45,886 nt of DNA from Octopus sinensis (GCF_006345805.1 NW_021834828.1:1-45886), one strand, 5' to 3'. Shown: positions 25,944 through 39,100, counted from the stretch's first letter. Translations and numbers: made by a program. Notes: generated by a model from the letters alone, not told the origin.

Positions 25944-26559
25944 TGTATGTATATATGTATGTATGTATGTGTGTATGTATGTATGTATGTATGTATGTAT
26001 GTATGTATGTATGCATGTATGTATGTATGTATATATGTATGTATGTGTGTCGGTGTCTATTTTGCTATGGCCATTATGAATGTCTATATTTTTATGGGCA
26101 TATATATGTGCATATATATATATATAGGTAACTGTATGTATAAATATGTGTGTGTTTTGTATCAAGGTATATATAGGTGTATGCATATATTTCTATGTGT
26201 CTGTTTATATGTATGAGTGCTTAGTTTGTGGAGATAATTCCCATTTGGGAGACTGCTGGAAATATTGATCTATAGGAGAGAAGAGCAGAGGTGACATATA
26301 TCAAACGTTAGCAATTTAATGCATTCTCTGATGTTCATTGGGAAAATTTGTAGCCGAAACTGTGTCACGCCTCTTCTGCGTGGCATAAACACGAATTTTA
26401 CAATTGTATGGATAACACATTAGTAATAACTATCATAAGATTGACTAGGTCTTGTCAAAGGAAGAAACCAACGTTAGATTATCAACATCATTAAAACTCG
26501 ACCAACAGTTGTTTTACACGTTATGAATTACTGAAAATGGTAAATTCTATAGGGGTGTC

Positions 26560-26700
26560 TCTCATGGCTTTAAGAGCTTGAAAATGAAGATAAAATTTTC
26601 GTTGGAAATGTAGAATTTGTTTGAAATGATGTGAAGATGTGTCGTCTCCTGTCTGGTAGACGTGTTTCATTCTGCTTTCATTGGTTGGAATAAAAACTAA
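26560..26700 (-). pseudogene. Possible mariner remnant
   Basis: ORF 26521-26838 contains TGDDTSSHHF, resembling mariner TGDETW.HHF. No other motif confirmed. Confidence 0.25.
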
Positions 26701-27068
26701 AATATAGAACACGGCCAGACTGAACATTTTCGTAATTTGAATTTTGTGGTTTCTGCTGATTAAATGCTTCAACTGAAGGTAATGAAAATGCAGTATAACA
26801 TTTTTATTAACTGACAAAGGTCGTTCAAATATTCGCATGCTCGTAGATTTCGTTTCCCTTTATAGTAACTCATCTTCCTGTACTTCTACACTGCAGACAA
26901 ATTATTGGATCGAGGTAGAAGCTATGTAGCCTCGTAAAGTTCTTGGCAAAGGAGTGTTGCAGTCTGTGCGACACACACTGATCGGTGAAGAATAAATAGA
27001 AATGATGCTCGTGATATATGCAAGTTCACATATACATGAAGTTGAAAGATTAAAGAAAGGACAATAGC

Positions 27069-27822
27069 TATTTCTTTACTACCCACAAGGGGGTAAACAC
27101 AGAGAGAAACAAACAAGGACAGACAAACGGATATTAAGTCGATTACATCGATTACAGCGCGTAACTGGTACTTATTTAATCGGCCCCAAAAGGATGAAAG
27201 GCAAAGTCGACCTCGGCGGAATTTGAACTCAGAACGTAACGGCAGACGAAATACCTATTTCTTTACTACCAGCAAGGGGCTAAACACAGGGAGGACACAC
27301 AAAGGGATTAAGTCGGTTATATCAACCACAGTGCGTAACTGGTACTTATTTAATCGACCCCAAAAGGATAAAAGGCAAAGTCGACCTCGGCGGAATTTGA
27401 ACTCACAACGTAACGGCAGACGAAATACCTATTTCTTTACTACCCTGAAGGAGCTAAACACAGAGAGGACAAACAAGGACAGACAATGGGATTAAGTCGG
27501 TTATATCGACTTTAGTGCGTAACTGGTACTTAATTTAATCGACCCCGAAAGGATAAAAGTCGAAGTTGACCTCGGCAGAATTTGACCTTAGAACGTAGCG
27601 GCAGACTAAATACGTATTTCTTTACTACCCACAAGGGGCTAAACACAGAAGGGACAAACAAGGACAGTCAAACGGATTAAGTCGATTATATCGACCCCAG
27701 TGCGTAACTAGTACTTATTTAATCGATGAAAGGCTAAGTCAACCTCGGTGGAATTTGAACCCAGAACGTGACGGCAGACGGAATACCGCTAAACGTGCTA
27801 ACGTTTCTGCCAGGCCGCCGCC
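27069..27822 (-). mobile_element. SINE type D concatemer: head plus four units, bracketed by one TSD
   Basis: Four successive bodies and tails. gaaaggacaatagc (27055-68) and gaaaggaaaatagc (27828-41) flank the whole array. Confidence 0.9.
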
Positions 27823-28069
27823 TTAACGAAAGGAAAATAGCATTAAGTTAAAACCTCATCGTGGGAGACCATCAAGAGCGCCTACTGGCACGAACTGTCA
27901 GGGCCTAGACGAATTGATACGGGTCGAGAAACCTGTAATAATGCTGATCGTCATTCATGACCGAATAGGGTTTTGTATAAGGGATTTGGCTAATTTTTCT
28001 TCTAGATAAATTAATCTCGACTTTCCCAATGTTTGACCTAGCAGTACATCAAGTATGTGCCGGGTGGAG

Positions 28070-28375
28070 GGATAGAGAGAGAGAGAGAGAGAATTTTGTG
28101 AGAGAGAGAGATAATTTTTTGAGAGAGAGAGAGAATGAATGATGGTGAGAGAAACTGAAAGAAAAAGAGAGAAAGATTGGTAGAAAGAGAGAGAGAAAAG
28201 GTTTAGATGATGAATGAGAAATTGAGAGAAAGAGAGAAATATAAATAGAGAAAGAGTGAGAGTAAGTGAGAGAGAATTGTGTGTGAGAGACAGAGTGTGT
28301 GTGTGTGTGAATGAGGGGTGAGAGAGATTGCGAGAAAGAGAGAGAAAGAACGAGTGAGAGAGAGAGAGAGAGAGC
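28070..28375. repeat. (GA)-rich simple repeat
   Basis: Visible directly. Confidence 0.9.
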
Positions 28376-28427
28376 ACATTAGCACCCGGGTGGTACAAAT
28401 TTTCAGTTGAATAGATTGAGGGCACCA

Positions 28428-28611
28428 GGCGCAGGAGTGGCTGTGTGGTAAGAAGCTTGCTTCCCAACCACATGGTTCTGGGTTCAGTCCTACCCAGTGT
28501 TGCACTTTGGACAAGTGTCTTTTACTATAGCCTCGGAACGAGTAGATTTGTTAGACGGAAGTTGAAAGAAACCCATCATATATATATATATATATGTGTG
28601 TGTGGTGTGTG

Positions 28612-28649
<38 letters not shown>

Positions 28650-28883
28650 GTGTGTGAGTGTGTGTGCATTTGTGTGTGTTTGTTTGTTCCGACACCATCG
28701 CTTGACGACCGATGCTGGTGTGTTTACGTTCACGTAACTTAACGGTTCGATAAAATACACCAACAGAATAAGTACTAGGCTTACAAAGAATAAGTCCTGG
28801 GATCGATTAGTTCGTTCAACTAAAAGACGGTACTCCAGCATGACCGCAGTCAAATGATTGAAAACATGTAAAAGAACAAAAGA
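28428..28883 (+). mobile_element. SINE type A, full length, with expanded internal (TG)n
   Basis: Type A head and tail. Confidence 0.9.
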
Positions 28884-29674
28884 ATATATGCAACCTCCTC
28901 TTTCCCGTATCGCCTCCGCCAATTCCACCGAATCTCTCACTGACCAGACTTCGATTAGACTAGGACAAATGATAACAAACGCCTAAATAGGTAGATATGC
29001 ACCTGAATATACCCCACGTTGGTATCGAACTCAAATTCCAGCTTCGATTCTAAACGAAAAAATATCAACTACCTCGTTATGACTGCTTTAACTAAAAAAA
29101 CAACAAAATACTGTTAAGTTTCATAATATTCCATTATGAAAATTTGCGCTTAGTAAAACGAATCGTATATTTATAATTTACATGTTTACATCAGAAGCAT
29201 ATAACGACATACGCCAGTATTAATAATACATACGAGACAAAATGTTGTCAAAGAACAATATTGATTATATTTTTCGTTACCATTCTATATTCTTCTCTCG
29301 TTCACCATTTAATGCTTTTCGGCATTAAATATTCCGACACCTACTTACTAACTGCTTATCGTTGCAGATGTCGTCCAAGAATTAGTTAACCCTATAACGC
29401 CCATTGTTAATAAATAATTGATGTCTGAAATGCGAGAGAAAGATCGGGAGATGTACTACAAGTGAAAACTATAACAGTGAAAGCTTAGTTGTGCTCCAAA
29501 AGGGTTTTTAAATAATGTTTTAATAGGGTTTTTTCTTTTCTTTCATAGGAATACGTTTGAACAAAATTATTTCATGAAATCAATTATTGTGCGATCTGGT
29601 AGCTGTTACGGAATTATCGACAGCAGAATATGATGTGTGTGTATATTATTTATATATATATATACTAATACATG

Positions 29675-29713
<39 letters not shown>

Positions 29714-29789
29714 TGTATATATATACACGTTTATGCATGCACGCATAAATACATATACGTGTGAGTGTGTGTGTCGGTGTGCGTGCGCG

Positions 29790-29850
<61 letters not shown>

Positions 29851-30483
29851 ATATATATATATATATGAACGTATGAATGTATGCAAATATATTATATATA
29901 TCATATATATATATATATACACACACACCTTTATACATGCACGCATAAATATATATAAGTGTTTGCGTACATATGTATGTATGTTCGTATGAATGTATGC
30001 AAATATATATATGTTTACATATTTATATATTGGGAAATAATTTTTTTTTTCGGAACATATTCCATAAATTTGAATAAGCTAAAGAAGACCAAAAAAAATA
30101 ATAATAATTATCTTCTTCATATTGATAATTCATTTAGGTGTTATGATATTAAATATTCTAACAACGTATCGATTGATCTCCATTGCAGATGCGGCTTTAC
30201 AATTATTGAACTTTTAAACAAATCCATTGAATCTACTTTCCTCTCTTTTTTTTTGTTTTTCTTTTTTTTTTTTATTTAGAAACTTTATTTTTCTAAAATG
30301 GTTAGCCATTTATTCGCTACCATTCCAAATGATATAGATCTGAAACAGATGTATACTCATTCAACTTTCTCCAATAGCAGCCAGATAATCTCCCAAATCA
30401 AACCCTGCTTTTATTTTAAAAGAAATAATCGATTCGTACATTTAAATGAACAGGTGCATGCATGATTTATTTTTATTTTTAAA

Positions 30484-30646
30484 GGCAAATGCATGGTTTT
30501 GTGCTGAAGCAGCATACTTTCCAATAAAGTGGAATTGGGATCCGTCCCACTGAGCGGCACCTTGAGCAAGTATTTTCTTCTCAAGCCTGGGATAACCAAA
30601 GTCATGGAAATAGTTTCCGGTAGACGGAAACTGAAAGAAGTTCGTC
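30484..30646 (+). mobile_element. SINE type A 5' half, diverged
   Basis: ..gtcccactgagcggcaccttgagcaagt..tagacggaaactgaaagaagttcgtc, then an HHR module. Confidence 0.8.
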
Positions 30647-30697
30647 TGCTAGCCACTACACATTCTTTATTTTGTCTCCTTGTTTCTTTCTGTGTTC

Positions 30698-30733
30698 CTT
30701 TCTGTGGAGGAGCGTAGGCTCGAAACATTAAAG
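30698..30733 (+). ncRNA. Minimal hammerhead motif, degenerate (core CTGTGGA)
   Basis: CTTT-CTGTGGA-G-GAGC gtag GCTC-GAAA-CAT-T|AAAG; homologous to 24612-24645. Confidence 0.5.
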
Positions 30734-30978
30734 ACTTTTTCACTTCTCGAGCGTTATACTAATATACTAATCTGTTTGTTGTCTACACTACCCGTCTCCG
30801 TTTTTTTTTTGTGTGAATTCTCCCTATACATACACACACACACACACCACACACACACACACCACACACACACACACATATATATTATATATATATATAG
30901 ATATATATATATATATAGATAGATAGATAGATGATAGATAGATAGATAGGTAGATAGATAGATAGATAGATATGCATA

Positions 30979-31028
<50 letters not shown>

Positions 31029-32184
31029 TATATATATATATATATATATAATATATATATATAGATAGATAGATAGATAGATAGATAAACAGACAGATAG
31101 ATAGATAGATAGATAGATATAATTGTTTCTTTCTACGTCTGTTCTAAAAAAATAACGATTGTACATTAATCTCCTGGGTTGCTGTATCGTTATTATACAG
31201 GAACTTTATTGGTAGTAACTTCGAAGTTTCGACCAACTAACCTACCATCGGACTGCGATGCCTTGAATTCAATCATGTTAAGTTATAATCTTCCTTGGCT
31301 TCTGTGGAATGGTAATTAGTTTGTGTGGTTCGTTATGATGGAGATGTGCTGTGGAGAAATTATAATGTTTAAATTTGGGTTTATCTCACTCTTTAGAATC
31401 TATTCAAGCTTGTAAAGTTCTATATGCATGAATAAATTTTAAACAATTACCTAATCTCAAATTTAATCAATAAAATCTCCTAAACAAGTACCTAGCACAA
31501 CCTAATTACCAATCCGCTGAAACACACACACACGCAAGGAAGATTTTAACTGAAGAGAGACTATGTAAAGACAAAATTAATTTCAATGCATCGCAGATCG
31601 ACGATAGCTTAACCAGGGTGCTAATGTTGAAATATATAAGGATTCATAAATCTTAAGGATTCACATATTAAATTTGTAAAATTCAATTTTGCCGACAGTA
31701 ATTCTAAACATATAATAAGATTCGACGCAATGATAGTTTTCTATGGGAATATTGGATCTACTAGAAGTGTCTCTCAAATGATACATTATCATTTTTAGAA
31801 AGTGGGGAGACACACTGGATAATGTTGTCTCTAATACTGGTGTGGTAGAAAAGGTGGGGTTGGAACCCTTGATGATGACAACAATAGTAAAAATATCACT
31901 GGTATATTGAAAGTTGCTACCAAAGGTAGAACTTGCAGCCAAATCTTTTAGTATTTTCAATTTCCGCCATGATATTGTATAATCGCATTCTGAAGATAGT
32001 CGAGAAGAACGGCTGTGATGGCTATGGGTGGAACGCTTTTGAAGTTATGTCAGTTGAGTAGAGTTGACTGATCTATAAGCAACCACAGGAAAAATAAACC
32101 AAAAATAGAACAACGGTAAGAAGAGCAACACTAAGATGAAGAGAGAAGGAGTAGAAGTGGCTGGAAGTGAAGAAAAGGAAGAAG

Positions 32185-33560
32185 CAGTCAAAATTGTTGT
32201 CTCCAAGACTGTTGGCGTCATCTTTATTATAAGTCGTGTGCCATTGCAAAGCTTTGGGGGATCGAGGTTTCGAAGCAGCATAACTGGTGCTTCAATCTTG
32301 AGGTGGAAGTTGTGAGGTGGGAGGCCGGGTCGTGTTAGATTATTCAAGACTTCAAATGGATACTTCACAGCTCCATCGATGTTGAGTACAGTGTCAATGG
32401 AATTGTAGATGTAACGCTCGCCTGGCAACTGTTCCAGAAGTTTGATATTCAAATCATCAACCGTCTGATTCTTTGGAGCTATAATGGCACGGGTTTTCAG
32501 CTAGTTGTGGTCTGTAAACTGATACCTCAGGTTTGGAAACACCTTAATCATTAGTTCCTTTAAATCAGATCCTATATGTCCAAAAGGCATGCTTACCCCA
32601 CCATAACTGTCGCCAACCGAAGTGCTATTACCACTATGTTGCCGTCTCAGCATTTGTACACTGTTCCATAGGTAGGACGACTTTATGATGGCATTTACCT
32701 TACCATCTTTTGTCGCCTTTCGAACTAGGGAAGGGTTTTTTAAAGTCTAATGCAAGCAAGACCATGAACCTAGTGTTGGGTCGCAGCTCCTTAAGGGCCA
32801 TGTCAAGAGCTGCTTCAACTGAAACCTTATGGGTCAGTGACGTCTCATCTCAAATGATGAACCTGCATTCACACAGATGTTTGCCTTTTACAGAACCACG
32901 ACTGATATTGCAGTTTGCCTTCTCTTCATTGGACAGGTCGAAAGGGAGTTTGAAACAGGAATGAGCTGAGTTGCAGCTATTCCAATTGATGCCACAGCTA
33001 TGACAGTGTATTTCATTTGGTGCAGTTTAGTCAGAAGAAGGTTGATGACAAATGGTTTGCCAGTTCCCTCTGGAGCATCCAGAAAGAAAAGACTTCCTGT
33101 TTCGCTTTCAATGCTCGAAGTAATGGTCTTATAAACACCCAGTTGATCCTCCATCAGTTTCGTTCGTTATCCGCTAAATACGCCGTCATTTGCTCAATGT
33201 CATAGATGATTTCTCACGGGTCCTCAATTACGAGATTGTTAGCTCCCTGCTCCGGTTGTAGCAATGCCTTGACCTCCCATTGCTTGCACTCGTGTGTACA
33301 GCTCAAGTAATGTTTCACTGTAAATGGTTTTATTGAACGTGGCAATTCCCGCTGATGTTTACCTTTGAGTCCTTTGTAGGATGTTCTCTGCCATGCTGGT
33401 TTTGTGGTTCGCACAAAGCTTGAGAGGTTCACCTAAGCCACATGTCATCAATATGATAGAAAAAAGCTAGCGCCGTTGACTTAGTGCTTTGGTGACTGCT
33501 GCCTCCTCCAGTGTCTGGTCCCAGTGACCATCGTCCTTCAGTAGTCAACATTTTGTTTGT
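32185..33560 (-). mobile_element. Helitron Rep/Helicase pseudogene (PIF1-family helicase region)
   Basis: Fragments LLKDDGHWDQTLEEAA; FFLDAPEGTGK (Walker A) ..IAVASIGIAAT; GLPPHNFHLKIEAPVMLLRNLDPPKLCNGTRL. Multiple stops and frameshifts. Confidence 0.93.
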
Positions 33561-34237
33561 CCAGGATTATATTAGCCGATATCTGCTATACAGATATATG
33601 ACAGTCAGTGATTTCAGAGATTCATCTCGACTCATAACTGCTGCTACTTCTAGCAAAAGCTGTGACCACTTAGAATCTCCCTCGCGTCTAAACTAACACC
33701 TTAGATGTGTTAGATTTTGTCATTAAATAAATGACTTTTCTTTTATCATATCGATATATCGATATTTAATTAACATTGAATCATTTATATTTCATTTAAA
33801 TTACAGTCAAAATGTCTGTATTTTTGCTTTTCTTTTTTGTTTCCTTTGTTTTTGTTCCTCGATTAAATGGAAAATGGCGCACATGGGACTGCCTTTTGCA
33901 TTCATTATCGAACGTGGCAAAATCGATTAATAAGGCTCTCATCGATGAAACACTAAAGCAGCAAATGTTGGTTTATTACTAATGATAATTTCAGTCTTGA
34001 AAAGAATATCGCACGTTGATGAAAAACGATTAGATGACGGACCGGAATGTATGACTGGTGATTCTTTATTCGCAATCAAATATGACAAAATCGATTAATG
34101 ACATTGATTGATATTACATTAAAATGGAATTTTTAAATTTAATATTAGTAACGTTTTGCTTTAGAAACTACCATGCCGTAGCTTGGTAAATTATTGAAAC
34201 AGAATAGTGTATGTATGTAGGTATATATATATATATA

Positions 34238-34398
34238 TGGCTGTGTGGTAAGTAGCTTGCTAACCAACCACATGGTTCCGGGTTCAGTCCCACTGCGTGG
34301 CCACTTGGGCGAGTGCCTTCTGCTATAGCCCCGGGCCGACCAATGCCTTGTGAGTGGATTTGGTAGACGGAAACTGAAAGAAGCATGTCGTATATATG

Positions 34399-34429
<31 letters not shown>

Positions 34430-34630
34430 TTGTGTGTCTGTGTTTGTCCCCCTTGCATTGCTTGACAACCGATGCTGGTGTGTTTACGTCCCCGTCAATT
34501 AGCAGTTCGGCAAAAAGAGACCGATAGAATAAGTACTGGGCTTACAAAGAATAAGTCCCGGGGTCGATTTGCTCGACTAAAGGCGGTGCTCCAGCATGGC
34601 CGCAGTCAAATGACTGAAACAAGTAAAAGA
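34238..34630 (+). mobile_element. SINE type A, near full length
   Basis: Almost identical to 777-1182; lacks the first ~10 nt. Confidence 0.92.
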
Positions 34631-34845
34631 AAAAAAAATATATATATATTATATATATATATATATAATTTAAATGATATATATATGTATATATGTATAT
34701 ATACATACATACATATACATACTTACACATATATGTATATACACAAACATATATGGGTACAGGATATATATATATATATTATATATATATATATATATAT
34801 ACATATTTAAATGTACAATATATAATATTTTATATTATTTATACA

Positions 34846-35430
34846 CGGTGAGCTGGCAGAATCGTCAGCACGCCGGGCGAAATGCTTAGCGGTATTTGTC
34901 TGCCGTTACGTTCTGAGTTCAAATTTCGCCGAGTCTGACGTTGCCTTTCATCCTTTCGGGGTCGATAAATTAAGTAGTAGTTACGCACTGGTGTCGATGT
35001 GATCGACTTAATCCGTATGTCTGTCCTTGTTTGTCCTCTCTGTGTTTAGCCCCTTGTGGGTAGTAAAGAAATAGGTATTTCGTCTGCCGCTGCGTTCTAA
35101 GTTTAAATTCCGCCGCGGTTGACTTTGCCTTTCATCGCTTTGGAGTCAATTAAATAAGTACCAGTTACACACTAGGGTCGAGGTAATCGACTTAATCCGT
35201 TTGCCTGTCCTTGTTTGTCTCCTCTGTGTTTAGCCTCTTGTGTGTAGTAAAGAAACAGGTATTTCGTCTGTCTTTACGTTCTGAGTTCAAATTCCGCCGA
35301 AGTCGACTATGTCTTTCATCCTTTCGTGGTCGATAAATTAAGTAGCAGTTGCGTACTGTAGTCGATATAATTGACTGCCCCCTCTCCCCTAAAATTTCGA
35401 GTCTTGTGTCTCGAGTAGAAAACACTATTA
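34846..35430 (+). mobile_element. SINE type D concatemer: head, two tail-a units and a terminal unit with tail b
   Basis: Junction aaataggtatttcg repeats; the last body ends cccctctcccctaaaatttcgagtcttgtgtctcgagtagaaaa. Confidence 0.9.
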
Positions 35431-35670
35431 TTTATACACACAGGTTTATGTATATAAATTCAAAATTCAAACCTGTTATCTTTATCTTTAAAAAAAATAA
35501 CGATTAAGTGGCCAACAGACGCAACCCAATAGGCAAAATATGTACTAAAAGTCAGGGAACATTCTCTGTGCATGTTTATGTATAGTGAGAGATGCGTAGC
35601 TTTGGAAAGTTCTAACTCTTCTCTATAGCAAACAGGTACATATTGAACCCTGATTTTCAATACACACACA

Positions 35671-35738
<68 letters not shown>

Positions 35739-36248
35739 GATATATATATATATATATATGTATAGATATATATTCCCGGCATGAGAACGCTAATATTTTT
35801 GAATGGTGGTGCCCCAGCATGGCCACAGCATGTGAGCTGAAACTAGATAAAATGAAAAATAAAAATGAAATATATATATACATGCATTGATAAAAACGGT
35901 AAGATAACAAAAGAAAGAAAGAGGCCTCGATATCATCTAAATAGAGGGGTTTATCTGTAAATGTAATATGTGAGTGATTTTTCATAGCGTTTTTCTTGTA
36001 TATATATATATATATATATATATTAGAGAGGGATAGTTTATACGGCCTGGTACTTGATTCATCGTCGTAGATTTGATGGATGGAAGGATAAACATTTAAA
36101 GTCCGAAAAATTGGGATTCAGCACCTAAACACCTGAATATAATTCATTCATCCACCACTCTCCAGATTCAACCAATCACTCATTAGCTGACCACAGTAGG
36201 GGGCAAAAGTAAGGGAACCGCTCGACGGATGCTTACCACAACAATATA

Positions 36249-36281
<33 letters not shown>

Positions 36282-36559
36282 AATTTATATATATATATAT
36301 GTATATATAAATTTATATGTAATATGAGTGAATTGAAGGTTGTAATAGCTTCTTGCAATCTTCAGATTTTCCCTGTAGGTGATCTACTATTCTACTCTAC
36401 TTCAGACGACTACAATAATTAAATATTAATTGATCACATTGGTATAATTTGAGGATGAAAGTGTCATAAATCGATTAAACCGATTCCAATATATTATTGC
36501 TATTTACGTTAGTGTCTGGAGAGCGATAAAAATATTTAAAATCGATCAGAGTAATTAGC

Positions 36560-36626
36560 AATATTAATAATAATAGTAATAATAATAATGATAGTAATAA
36601 TACTAATAATAATAATAATAATACTA

Positions 36627-36680
<54 letters not shown>

Positions 36681-36781
36681 TAATAATAATAATAATAATA
36701 ATAATATTAATAATAATAATAATAATAATAATGATAATAATAATAATAATAATAATGATAATAATAATAATAATAAAAATA

Positions 36782-36844
<63 letters not shown>

Positions 36845-36875
36845 AATAATAATAATAATGATAATAATAATAATG
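36560..36875. repeat. (AAT)n tract
   Basis: Visible directly. Confidence 0.96.
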
Positions 36876-37278
36876 TCGCACATTACTGCAAGTAACATTA
36901 ATTTTTGAGAGGAATAGAGTCCTTGAAGTCAGTCACTATCAAAAGATATTACTTAATTTTATTGCCCCCGAACCAATAATAAGGGGACGTGACAATGGTG
37001 AGTTTTGAATTCAGAATTAAAACAGCCGGAAGTTATAGCGCAAAGCATTTTTGAATAACGTTCAACATGTTCTGCCTTTTCGCTTCACTTGGTTTCTCAA
37101 ACATTTGGGTCTAGATATATTGAGAGCTCATTTAAAACTTCCTTTTTAGAGCCGGCCGTTCTTCTATCAATCCCGAAAATATAGAAAAAAACAAACAAAC
37201 AAATTTGGGAGAAGAACGTATTATGACCAGGTGAAATAATAGCAGTTATTGAGAACACGAATGCTATAAAGCATTGGA

Positions 37279-37484
37279 ATCTTTTCTTACTCCAGGCACA
37301 AGGCCCGAAACTTCTGGGGAGCGGGCTGAGTCGATTAGATCGACCCAGTACGCAAATGGTACTTAATTTATCGAACCCGAAAGGATAAAAGGCAAAGTCG
37401 ACTTCGGCGGAATTTGAACTCAGAACGTAAAGACAGACGAAGTACCGCAAAGCATCTCACCCGGCGTGCTAACTTTTCTGTCGG
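37279..37484 (-). mobile_element. SINE type D monomer with tail b
   Basis: Head, one body and the ..gaagtttcgggccttgtgcctggagtaagaaaagatt tail. Confidence 0.87.
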
Positions 37485-37707
37485 AGAGGTATATGATTGC
37501 GTGCTGCCGGACTTGTTGTGGATTTGCAGGATTAATGGATAACTTCCCATTGCCGTAAAAGCCTCTACGAATGTCTAGATTGCTGCCCTCAGGTAAATGG
37601 TATTATGTGGAAAACTTTCCACGTGGGTGTGGGACTTCCGCACGAGTTTATATAGTTAACTGTCCATTTTATAATTTTTAAGAAGTGAATTGAAACGCAG
37701 AGCCGTC

Positions 37708-38082
37708 GTGAAACTGGTGGCATTACTTGAAGAAAATCCTGCATTGTCAGTTCAAGAATTGGCAATAAAGCTTAGTTCATAACATATAACTGTTCATCGT
37801 CATCTTCAACAATTTGGAATGGTTCCTACACCTGGAAAATGGGTGCCTCGTGAATTGTCCGAAAGCAATCGCAAATCCCGAGTTGACATCTGTACTTCTT
37901 TTCATTCTCGCTAACTCATTTCACCATTTTTGGATAGACTTGTGACTGGTGACGAAAAATGGATCTTCTATGGAAATGTTAAATGTCGTAAATAGTGGCT
38001 TGGTAAAAGGGAAAAAAGCTCAACCACAACCGAAAAAGGAACTTTATGGGAAAAGGTTCTTCTCTCTATCTGGTGGGATTGC
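37708..38082 (+). pseudogene. Mariner transposase fragment (in frame, 3 stops)
   Basis: LEENPALSVQELA..HRHLQQFG..GKWVPRELSE..FLDRLVTGDEKWIFY..KVLLSIWWDC: the WVPHEL, TGDEKW and IWWD motifs. Confidence 0.93.
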
Positions 38083-38859
38083 ATCCATGGATGTAGGATC
38101 GGTCGGCTGATACTTGCAGACAACATAGTGCGACTTGGCTCATCAGAAAGTGATCACATAACATTCAATAAAAAGGTTTGGTGTGAAGTGCTACAAGTCA
38201 AGGATAGAAGACGGAATCGAAACCTTGGATAGATGAAAGTAACGAAATAGCGAGAGCCATTTAGCTGGACTTATCAATGGCGTACATCGCTGTATTGCCT
38301 TCAGAGAATTAGAGATTAAAATACAGAAGCTATCAAGAATACAGTAAAGTTTCATTCGAAGACATGTAATCTATACCAAGTTCATTTATTTTTTTTCCTT
38401 CTCGTAATGTCGGCCAATGCTATTAAGGTTGTATTGGGAAATTTAAGAAAATATTGGAAATCGAAATTCGATCGCATTTAGATATTTATGCTTTTCTTGG
38501 TAGTTTTCTACTTTCGCTTTTGTTCGGTTTCATGCGAAGAAGAACGCCTTTTCCTGTCTTGCGAGTATTGTGTGTTTAAGTAATAAAAAGGAAAAGAAAA
38601 AACAAAAAACAGACGAGAATCTACTGGCATTATTACAGCTGTGATTACACGTTCGGTGAGAGGTGTTAGAGAATCTATTTCTTTCACTCTTCCTATGTAT
38701 ATATATATGTATGTATGTATATATGTGGATGTTTATACGTGTCTATATATATATACAACCAACACACACACACACACACACAAACAGTGGTGAAACGATG
38801 AGATGGTTTCCATTTGAAATGATATAAAAAGCTCGTCATATGTGCATACATACATTCTG

Positions 38860-38864
38860 TATAT

Positions 38865-38896
<32 letters not shown>

Positions 38897-38929
38897 ATTA
38901 GGTGTATATATACATGTGTGTGTGTGTGA

Positions 38930-38992
<63 letters not shown>

Positions 38993-39048
38993 TATATATG
39001 AGTGTATATATACATGTGTGTGTGTGTGAGTATATATAATATATATAT

Positions 39049-39100
<52 letters not shown>

